Shown piece by piece: positions 57,017 to 64,000 of a DNA stretch of 64,000 bases. Source of the DNA: a virus (lineage: Duplodnaviria > Heunggongvirae > Uroviricota > Caudoviricetes); the IMG/VR virus record IMGVR_UViG_3300029743_000281; one strand, 5' to 3'. The number at the start of each line of letters is the position of its first letter. Within the stretch, counting starts at the first letter, position 1. The translations under genes were made by a program, and so were the position numbers. The notes beneath the pieces were generated by a model. It worked only from the letters and a program-made list of their open reading frames with translations, was not told the origin of the DNA and made no database searches.

Positions 57017-58084
57017 TCATTCCTCCCACGGCAGACCGGGCTTGCCGAAGTGACCGTAGGCACTGACCTTGTTGTAGTCCACGTCCAGCAGACCCAGACG
57101 CTGGATGATACCCTGCGGGGTCAGGTCGTAGCTGTCCTTGACGTAAGCCTGGATGAAGTCCAGCGGCTGGTGTTCCGTGCCGAAACACTCCACCGCCACG
57201 CCCACCGGCTGTACCACACCGATGGCATACGCCAGCTGGACTTCGCACTTGTCAGCGTAGCCGGCCTGCACGATGTCCTTGGCGATCTTCCGTGCCATAT
57301 ATGCTGCGGACCTGTCCACCTTGGTGGGGTCTTTGCCACTGAGGGCACCGCCGCCCATTCGACCGATACCGCCGTAGGTATCGCACGCCAGCTTACGGCC
57401 GGTGACACCACAGTCGGCGTAGCTGCCACCCAGCACGAACCGACCGGTGGGGTTCACCAGTTTCTGGAAGTTCCCGTCCAGACCGTACTCACAGGCAGCC
57501 AGCACCATCATGGATTCGATGATGTGGCGGAAGTCGCTGACCTCCACGTCCGGGCTGTGCTGCACGGAGCAGAGGAACGTAGTGATTCGGCCGGTGTCGT
57601 AGTCGTAGCTGACCTGCGCCTTGGCATCTGCCCGGAACATCTTGCTCGGATGGTTCTTCAGCAGTTGCAGGAACTTGGTGGCGACCATGTAGGGGATCGG
57701 CATCTGTTCGGCAGTCTCGTTGGTGGCATAACCGTACATGATGCCCTGGTCACCGGCACCGCCCTTATCCACGCCCAGTGCAATATCCGGCGACTGCTTA
57801 TCGACCAGGATGCCGATGCGGAGCAGTTCCCGGAAATCAAAGCCCATCTTGTCTGCACCGATACGGGTGATGACCTCATGGACGATCTGCTGGTAGTTGG
57901 GCTGGTAATCGGTGGTGACCTCGCCAGCGATAAAGAGCTGGCTGCGTTTCAGCAGACACTCGGTTGCCACACGGGCGTTCTTGTCGTGCTGGAGGATGTC
58001 GGTCACAATGGCATCTGCGATCTGGTCGCAGATCTTGTCCGGGTGGCCGTTGCTGACCTGCTCACAGGTGATAATCTTGCTCAT
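57017..58084 (-). CDS. metK: S-adenosylmethionine synthetase (MetK homolog, short form ~355 aa)
   Basis: Signatures 'GHPDKICDQIADA', 'GAGDQGIMYGYA', 'DTYGG', 'GGGALSGKDPTKVDRSAAY'. Confidence 0.85.
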   Translation of the reverse strand: MSKIITCEQVSNGHPDKICDQIADAIVTDILQHDKNARVATECLLKRSQLFIAGEVTTDYQPNYQQIVHEVITRIGADKMGFDFRELLRIGILVDKQSPDIALGVDKGGAGDQGIMYGYATNETAEQMPIPYMVATKFLQLLKNHPSKMFRADAKAQVSYDYDTGRITTFLCSVQHSPDVEVSDFRHIIESMMVLAACEYGLDGNFQKLVNPTGRFVLGGSYADCGVTGRKLACDTYGGIGRMGGGALSGKDPTKVDRSAAYMARKIAKDIVQAGYADKCEVQLAYAIGVVQPVGVAVECFGTEHQPLDFIQAYVKDSYDLTPQGIIQRLGLLDVDYNKVSAYGHFGKPGLPWEE

Positions 58085-58099
58085 AGCTGTTCCTCGCTT

Positions 58100-58560
58100 T
58101 CATGTATCACAAAGCAGGCCGCCTTTGCCGTTGCCCACAAACGTAGGCTCCCACAAAAGCTGCCTGCTCAGTATCGTGTGGTTTTCATCTTTTTGTTGCT
58201 GGTCTGTTGCCAGTTCTTCCCTCACAAAATGAGGGGTCAGATTCTTAAAAAGCATTGTTATTACGATGTTTTCAAGGCTTTCATTCTACTCTTTTTATCT
58301 TTTGTTGCTAATGTTGCTGGTAAAAAGTAAATCGCATATAAAAGAAAAGAATAATAAAAAAATAGGGTTTTGAGTCGCAACATCAGCAACACGTCCAAAA
58401 GCGCCGATATATCAGCGTTTTTCTGTTGCCGGTCTGTTGCCGATGTTGCTGGTCGAGGCTCAGAAGTGGTCTTGCAGTTCTGTAAAACCCAACTTTTGTG
58501 GCCATGGTGAGTCGCTTTCACGACTGAGCCGTGCCGCCCTTGTGTTCACTCTGCGGTCAC
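58100..58560. promoter_or_regulatory. AT-rich region with clustered TGTTGC iterons (candidate replication origin and/or operator array)
   Basis: At least 9 copies of TGTTGC in paired arrangements (TGTTGCtggtcTGTTGCcag; TGTTGCtaaTGTTGCtggt; TGTTGCcggtcTGTTGCcgaTGTTGCtggtcg) around an A-rich tract. Lies directly upstream of the primase-helicase gene. Confidence 0.5.
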
Positions 58561-60965
58561 TCCGGCACTACATTGAAGTCGCCTTTTGTGGTTTCGGAGA
58601 GGCAGAATTCCACGCCCAAAACGATCTGTGTTGTACTGCCGACACCATCCGCCGGACGCTTTTTCTGCACTGTGTACCTCTTGTCGATCTCGGCATTCAG
58701 CACCTTGGCCGAGTCTGCCCTGTACCCGTTTTCAGCACACCATTCCTTGTAGCGTGTATAAACGGCAGCACGGCGAAGCTCACTATCTGCTTTCGGTTGG
58801 AGACATTCACTGAAGAACTGCCCCATCTTATCCGAGAACATCTGGTAGTCCATGGTGGCCTGCACGACAGAATCCGGCATCTCCAGACCCTGACTGCGAA
58901 ACAACTTATACCCTTCCAGCATCCAGTTCAGGATACCAGACATATTTTCCGGTTCCGCAAAGAAGCCCTTCAATCCCTTATCCTGCTCTTTTTCATCAAA
59001 GTGGCGGTCAAAGGGAATGATTTTGATACGACCGGACTCGAACAAGGTCAGGTCCGTGATGTTCGGACGGTGGTTCGTGTTGATGAAGATCTTGAAGTTC
59101 GGACGGAACTCGAAGCTATTCTCATGCAAATATCGGGCCGTGATGGTGTCGTTACCAGTCAGGCGTTTGGTCAGGGCTGCATCCAACGTGATCTTCTTCT
59201 CCGGCTCAGAGATATTAACAAACCGGGAGCCGGCAAGGCGTGCAATCTCCTCAGACGGTCCGCCACTTTGGGCATTGAACTTTGCCTGCAGCATAGTCGG
59301 GTCGGCGTTTTTGCCGTACTCGCCCATGATCCGCAGGATGCTTTCCATGGTGGTGCCCTTGCCGTTTCGGGAAGTAGGACCATAGAGGATGAACAGACAT
59401 TCCATCCTCGTATCACCGGTCAAGGCGTATCCGATGGCTTTTTGCAGATAGTCGGCTCTCGCCTTATCCCCTTGCATGATCTCTGTGATGAAAGTCCGCC
59501 AGCGAGGGCAGTCTGCTTTCGGGTCATAGATGACCGGGGACACCTTTGTGAGGTAGTCGTCCGGGCGGTGTTCCCGGAACTCCATCGTCCGCAGATCCAG
59601 CGTTCCGTTCTGGCAGTTGAACAGGTAGATATCCCGGTCGTAGTGTTTCATGGACAGTGGGAACACAGACTTTGCATCCTTCAGCATGGTTTCCCGATGC
59701 TTTCTGAGCTGGAGCTTCCGCACCCTGTCGATGAATCGCTTTCGGGCATCTTCCTCTGTGATCGTCAGGGCAAACACATACAGCTTGTCTGCCAGCAGCT
59801 TCGCTAGTTCCGCCACCTTGAGGTTTTCTGTGTCCGGCTGCCAGACCTTCCCGTCATAAACATACCAGATGCCGCGCTCACTGTTATACCGGGCGATGGG
59901 CTTGAAGAAATCGGCAAACATATTGCCCATGCCGATCTCATCCCTGCCGTATCTGGGATTGGTGTGCGGAGCCATCTCATCCAACGACAGGGTGAGCTTT
60001 GTGATGTCCGGCTGGAACTCCGGGGATTTAGACTCCGGGTCAAGGTTTGTGAACTCCTCGTCCACGATGTCCTGTGCGTTGACCGGAACGTACACCGCTG
60101 CACAGGTGTTGACGGTGTTCCGAATGGAGATCGCACCGTAAGTCGTACCGGCCTGCCGGCGATCCCACTTGTCACGCATCAGGCCGGAGGTGCGAAAGAT
60201 GCGGTCCATCTGTTCTTCATCGCAGCCGCACCAGAACGCAAGGATGGACAGAAGTGCCATGTCCGCATCCGACTGGCTGTCATAGAGTTCTTCCCAGTCA
60301 CCGGCGTAGAGCTTCTTGAACTTGTCGCTGTTGCTGGCCTCCTCTGCATGGGCAATGACCGCGTCATCGTCCAGATACGAATGATGCCGAAGCTGTGTGT
60401 TCTGCACCTGCTTGTTGCGCTTCATCAGCGAATCCAGCAAGGTGGTCATAGCCGTCTCATCGTTGGGGATCTCCCCTGTGCGGTAAACATCTCCCGTCAC
60501 GGTGACGAAGCGGTTTGTCGCACCGGGCATGTACACTTCCAGCCCTTTGCTTCGGTTGTTGATGTAATAGACCGTCTTGTCATAGACAAAATCTTCCGGC
60601 ACACAGAAAAAGCCTCGCAGTCCCTTGCCGGACGGAGACTTCTCAACGTATGCCGTGGGGAAAATAGAAAGGACGGTCGCCGCTGTGTCATTCAGCGTAC
60701 CGTCCTCTCGGATACAGTGGTCTATATCGAATGCGCCGATGCCGTTTCCAACTGCAATGCCGATGCCGTCATAACCACCCATCGCGTAAGCCATGAGGGT
60801 GGTTTTGAAATCGGCAAATGTGCGCAGGTCGTTGATTCTGGCCCGGTCTCCATTGACCGGGTTGTACGGCATCTTGGTCTTCTGACCGCTGCGCTTTTCA
60901 AACTTCCAGACGCAGAACCGGCAGTCACTCTTCAGTTTCGCCGGAATGTTCTTGATGTCTACCAC
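58557..60965 (-). CDS. Replicative primase-helicase (PrimPol-like N-terminus, primase C-terminal domain, D5/P4-type SF3 helicase)
   Basis: 802 aa; Walker A 'GPTSRNGKGT'; N-terminal PrimPol-like 'GIAVGNGIGAFDIDH'. Confidence 0.8.
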   Translation of the reverse strand: MVDIKNIPAKLKSDCRFCVWKFEKRSGQKTKMPYNPVNGDRARINDLRTFADFKTTLMAYAMGGYDGIGIAVGNGIGAFDIDHCIREDGTLNDTAATVLSIFPTAYVEKSPSGKGLRGFFCVPEDFVYDKTVYYINNRSKGLEVYMPGATNRFVTVTGDVYRTGEIPNDETAMTTLLDSLMKRNKQVQNTQLRHHSYLDDDAVIAHAEEASNSDKFKKLYAGDWEELYDSQSDADMALLSILAFWCGCDEEQMDRIFRTSGLMRDKWDRRQAGTTYGAISIRNTVNTCAAVYVPVNAQDIVDEEFTNLDPESKSPEFQPDITKLTLSLDEMAPHTNPRYGRDEIGMGNMFADFFKPIARYNSERGIWYVYDGKVWQPDTENLKVAELAKLLADKLYVFALTITEEDARKRFIDRVRKLQLRKHRETMLKDAKSVFPLSMKHYDRDIYLFNCQNGTLDLRTMEFREHRPDDYLTKVSPVIYDPKADCPRWRTFITEIMQGDKARADYLQKAIGYALTGDTRMECLFILYGPTSRNGKGTTMESILRIMGEYGKNADPTMLQAKFNAQSGGPSEEIARLAGSRFVNISEPEKKITLDAALTKRLTGNDTITARYLHENSFEFRPNFKIFINTNHRPNITDLTLFESGRIKIIPFDRHFDEKEQDKGLKGFFAEPENMSGILNWMLEGYKLFRSQGLEMPDSVVQATMDYQMFSDKMGQFFSECLQPKADSELRRAAVYTRYKEWCAENGYRADSAKVLNAEIDKRYTVQKKRPADGVGSTTQIVLGVEFCLSETTKGDFNVVPE

Positions 60966-61363
60966 GTTCTCGCCTCCTTCTTGGTAATAGTGTCGGCAGT
61001 GCCCATGTTAAAGAACACCGCGATTGCCTGCTCCACTTCCCGCTGCTTGGCGGTAGAGGTCAGGCTTCCCAGCTTGTTCAGCAGGGCGTTCTTTCCGATG
61101 GTCGTGACCTGCTCTGCCAGTGCGACAGAGTTGCGCAGATACGCATGGTCATTGATCATTTGACAGTCTGCCTCTGCGATCTGAATGTGCGTGGGCAGAC
61201 CCTGCTTCTTCTGCACGGTGGTCAGGGGGATCACCGTCAGGGTGCTGGAGAAGCGGTTTGCCACATCGTTGCTGATGACCAGCACCGGGCGGCTGCCGCT
61301 CTGCACGGAACTGCCGTAATGGTCGCCCAGCTCGGCAAACCAGATTTCAAACCGCTGCACCAC
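60959..61363 (-). CDS. MazF/PemK/EndoA-family endoribonuclease toxin (GTG start proposed)
   Basis: 'FEIWFAELGDHYGSSVQSGSRPVLVISNDVANRFSSTLTVIPLTT' closely parallels B. subtilis EndoA/MazF. The track ORF extends 100 codons upstream as basic low-complexity sequence with no ATG. Confidence 0.7.
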   Translation of the reverse strand: MVQRFEIWFAELGDHYGSSVQSGSRPVLVISNDVANRFSSTLTVIPLTTVQKKQGLPTHIQIAEADCQMINDHAYLRNSVALAEQVTTIGKNALLNKLGSLTSTAKQREVEQAIAVFFNMGTADTITKKEARTW

Positions 61364-61689
61364 CTGCTGCGGAGAATCCTGCTGCGGTATGTCCTGCCGC
61401 AACGCTTCCTTCTGGGCAGACTTTTCAGATCGGGCAGTGTGCTGCTTGCGGAGCAGCCGCCCTTTCTGGTTGATGTATTTATTCACATGAGGTCTTGAAC
61501 GACCGTTCTTATTCTTGCGACCCAATGAAAACTCACCTCTTTTTCCCGGTCGATAGACCTTGGGTTGATGTAAAAGTAAAAAGCCGGACAGAGAAGTCAC
61601 AGCTTTGGCGGCGAATCGATCGCCGCAACAAAAAAGCCGAAGCAAAGTCATTTCTGACCGCCTCGGCAATACGCTTCTCTATCCAGCTT

Positions 61690-61730
61690 TTCCAGTATAA
61701 ATTATACCAAATTGAGGGCGTACCGTAAAG
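61690..61730 (-). promoter_or_regulatory. Near-consensus sigma-A promoter driving the mazF-primase operon
   Basis: Minus strand TTTACG-17-TGgTATAAT (with TTGACA further upstream). Followed by a ~330-nt leader with a hairpin GCCGAGGC-N16-GCTTCGGC then TTTTTTGTTG. Confidence 0.5.
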
Positions 61731-61791
61731 AAATGATTTTGTCAAGAAACCCTTGAAAATGTCAATAAACTACTGTAATGTGCGGTCTATT

Positions 61792-62229
61792 TCAACTTTT
61801 TTCTTCAAGTTTTCGCAGCTCCAAAGCAAGCAGCTCCAAGCCCAACTTTTTGAAGTGTCGGGCACGATTTACTCCAAGTACATGATCTTGCAAATCACAG
61901 ATTTCTTTGAGTGCTTTACCGTCCAAATAAAAGCCAACAACAGCCTCTCTTGCATTGGCATGTGGAATTGCCCATATCGCACGGATCAGCTTCTCCAGTG
62001 ACTCCCATTTCTGCTGACACTTCTTTTCCTTTTCTTCGAGCATGAATTGATACAGTTCTTGCTCGTTCTGGCTCTCGGCTTTACCCAGACTTTCCTTGAT
62101 GTCTGACATTTCCTGCTCCATAGCCAGCAGTTCCTCTCGAATGTGGGGAATCGCCTTGCAACATTCAAGAGCGTGGTTCACCTCCGCCTCAGTTGGCGGA
62201 TGATTTCCCAGAATACTCGGTCTTGCCAT
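61792..62229 (-). CDS. Hypothetical protein (possible small regulatory protein)
   Basis: 145-aa ORF, helical, no assignable family. Confidence 0.45.
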   Translation of the reverse strand: MARPSILGNHPPTEAEVNHALECCKAIPHIREELLAMEQEMSDIKESLGKAESQNEQELYQFMLEEKEKKCQQKWESLEKLIRAIWAIPHANAREAVVGFYLDGKALKEICDLQDHVLGVNRARHFKKLGLELLALELRKLEEKS

Positions 62230-62794
62230 TCTGTTTTCCTCCTCTCATGCGGTCTTTGTACTCCAAGACGACCGCAATTTTCTCTAGTGCCCTCTCCCGT
62301 TCAGCCTCCACAGTCTTCCGCCCCAGCACCTTGCCGGAGCTATCCTCCACCGTAGGGATGGCTTTCCGCTGCACAAAGAGCTGATGGGCAACAAGCTGTG
62401 TCCGTCCTCGCAGACTGCGCAGCCCGATTTCAAACAACTCGATCTCCTCACAGACCCGGCGGTACGGAGTGATCAGTTCTTCCTCCCGGCGCTCCTGAAT
62501 CTCTCGGTTCATGGATGCCAGTACCTTGTCGCAGTTGAGGACGGTGCGTTCCACCGGGTTGGACGTACCGCTTGTTTTAACTCGCTCGCCCTGCTCATGC
62601 GCTCCCTGCGACAGCTTGTAGATGACCTCGTCCCGGGTATAAAACCAGGCGTGGGATTCGTCGATCTGCCGCTTGAGTTCCTGCTTTCTCGCCAGAAGCT
62701 GTGGATAGGAATCGGCCAGTTCTCTGGCTTTTTCCATATAATCCGGTGTCCCAACAGAGGTCTGCGCCTCACCGGGATGTGTTTCTTCGCTCAT
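62189..62794 (-). CDS. Hypothetical protein
   Basis: RBS AAAGGAGGGCTTGACC then ATG (MSEETHPGEAQ). Confidence 0.5.
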   Translation of the reverse strand: MSEETHPGEAQTSVGTPDYMEKARELADSYPQLLARKQELKRQIDESHAWFYTRDEVIYKLSQGAHEQGERVKTSGTSNPVERTVLNCDKVLASMNREIQERREEELITPYRRVCEEIELFEIGLRSLRGRTQLVAHQLFVQRKAIPTVEDSSGKVLGRKTVEAERERALEKIAVVLEYKDRMRGGKQNGKTEYSGKSSAN

Positions 62795-62827
62795 GGTCAA
62801 GCCCTCCTTTCTGACCGATGTTCTGTA

Positions 62828-63157
62828 TCACATGACTGCCGCAGCCGAGAGATTCCTTTTAGCAGCTTTTCTCTCGGCTCGTTCCCGTGCCTTTGCCCTG
62901 CCTCGCTCCCAGCGTTCAACATTGATATCTGCCTGCCGCTTTGCCTCCTGCATCAGGATTTCCGGGTCCAGTTCAGTCAAAGTCCGATACCACTTCGAGT
63001 GGAAGAATCGCTCCAGTTTCTTTTTGCTGGACCGGTGTTTCCATTCCTCCGGCTCCTGCACCAGCTTGAACAGTGCTTTCCGATAATCCTTGAATGCCTG
63101 CAAAACGATGGCGTTTGCCAGTTCTGCGTAGCACTCGGCATACTCAACATTTCCCAT
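62828..63157 (-). CDS. Hypothetical basic protein
   Basis: 109-aa ORF; K/R-rich C-terminus. Confidence 0.45.
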   Translation of the reverse strand: MGNVEYAECYAELANAIVLQAFKDYRKALFKLVQEPEEWKHRSSKKKLERFFHSKWYRTLTELDPEILMQEAKRQADINVERWERGRAKARERAERKAAKRNLSAAAVM

Positions 63158-63860
63158 CGCCACTCTCCTTTGTGTCGTACCACGGCTTCACGAGCCGCTT
63201 GCCCTCAAGGCTGCAAGGATAGAGCTGGATGTCGTACCACGCCAGCTCATACATCTCATCCAGCAGACGGCGGTTGGGTTCCGGCAGGTTTGCGGCATAC
63301 TGGATGAACGCCTCGATAAACCGGGACTGGCTCGTTTCATCCTTCATCTGCCGTGCATAAACCGCCTCAGCGAACCGAAAGCACTGTTTCTTGTGCTGCT
63401 GAATCCAGTCGTACTTCCAAGTGATGGCTTTGAGGAGCGTTTTGCGGCTCTCATCCGACGTGACCTTGGGCATGGCCGCCTGCTGGCCCTTTTCTCGCAG
63501 ACGGGTGTAGCGTTCCCACGCTCTGTCCTCACTGCTGAAAATCAGCCGACAGCGTAGTTCCTCCAGTCGGACGACATACATAAGCCGACTGATTTCATTT
63601 TCGTAGAGGTCTTTGACCAGAAAGTCAAAGTTCATTTTGAGGTCAGCGGTGCGGCGCACCGGATTGTCCCCCAGCAGCTCACAGAGCAAGCCGGGTTCCC
63701 GGATGGGACGGAACATCGCATACGGAATTGTGAAGCCAACTTCATCGTGCTTGGGCTTGGTTGTTGCCACCGGCTTGGCAGTTTTATAGCGGTAATCGCT
63801 GTGTTCAAGGCTCAGACCAGTATTGCGGTCTTTCTCGTTCAAAAACAAAATCTTATCCAT
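63144..63860 (-). CDS. Hypothetical protein
   Basis: RBS GGAGGAATGAGA then ATG (MDKILFLNEK). Confidence 0.5.
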   Translation of the reverse strand: MDKILFLNEKDRNTGLSLEHSDYRYKTAKPVATTKPKHDEVGFTIPYAMFRPIREPGLLCELLGDNPVRRTADLKMNFDFLVKDLYENEISRLMYVVRLEELRCRLIFSSEDRAWERYTRLREKGQQAAMPKVTSDESRKTLLKAITWKYDWIQQHKKQCFRFAEAVYARQMKDETSQSRFIEAFIQYAANLPEPNRRLLDEMYELAWYDIQLYPCSLEGKRLVKPWYDTKESGDGKC

Positions 63861-63865
63861 TCTCA

Positions 63866-64000
63866 TTCCTCCAGCCGTGCTTTGACGGCAGAAATCAGCT
63901 TTTCCTGTGTCATGTCTTTCTGTTCCAAGGCTGCCATCACATCCTCGTCCACTGTGTCCTTTGTGATGATGTGGTGGATGGTGACCACCTGTGTCTGGCC
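63866..64000 (-). CDS. SNF2-family helicase, C-terminal fragment (gene continues right of window)
   Basis: 'GQTQVVTIHHIITKDTVDEDVMAALEQK' resembles the conserved SNF2 helicase C-terminal motif region. Stop at ~63866. Confidence 0.5.

Noticed and set aside
58261-58521. ORF 58261..58521 (-) 86 aa inside the AT-rich iteron region
   Set aside because: Lies within the repeat-rich, low-complexity candidate origin; no RBS; composition driven by the A/T tract.
61364-61745. N-terminal 100-codon extension of the MazF ORF and ORF 61533..61745 as candidate antitoxins
   Set aside because: The extension has no ATG and is basic low-complexity. The 61533..61745 ORF starts upstream of the mapped promoter and has no RBS. 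Neither resembles RHH/AbrB antitoxins. The antitoxin question is left open as a finding.
1-64000. tRNA, rRNA, tmRNA or attachment-site scan
   Set aside because: No cloverleaf-compatible ~75-nt candidate with conserved GTTC/T-loop features was seen by eye. The attachment site could not be placed without a reference comparison.

Overview
The window is almost entirely a temperate siphovirus-type prophage, or a large part of one, in a Firmicutes/Clostridia-like genome (impression of ~55-60% GC, GGAGG-type ribosome binding sites); the window may contain no host flank. Nearly all phage genes are on the minus strand, so the map reads right to left. Early/replication region: SNF2-helicase C-terminal fragment, several small genes, MazF/EndoA-like toxin, primase-helicase, an AT-rich iteron-bearing putative origin, MetK, HNH nuclease, three DNA methyltransferases (one fused to ParB), NlpC/P60+SH3b, and an amidoligase plus GGCT(AIG2)-like cluster. 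Roughly a dozen small genes are each preceded by one of nine copies of a ~100-200 bp repeated promoter-leader module. Packaging/head: TerS(P27), TerL, portal, ClpP-like prohead protease, HK97 major capsid protein, and connector proteins. Tail: major tail protein, an SPFH/band-7 insert, G/GT chaperones with a -1 frameshift site, a ~1940-aa tape measure protein, Dit, and Tal. Then come three tandem paralogous tail fibres with SGNH-hydrolase domains, separated by G9-tract intergenic modules carrying small uORFs. The lysis cassette follows (holin, LysM/SH3 protein, bifunctional endolysin). At the left end are four tandem large serine recombinases, an AAA ATPase and an XRE regulator. Plus-strand (lysogen-expressed, moron-like) genes are Fic (low GC, palindromic operators), an Abi_2-family abortive-infection protein (low GC), the XRE regulator, and a small acidic protein. 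No rRNA, tRNA or CRISPR was recognised. All family assignments are from motif recognition by eye and need search confirmation; coordinates may be off by a base or two.
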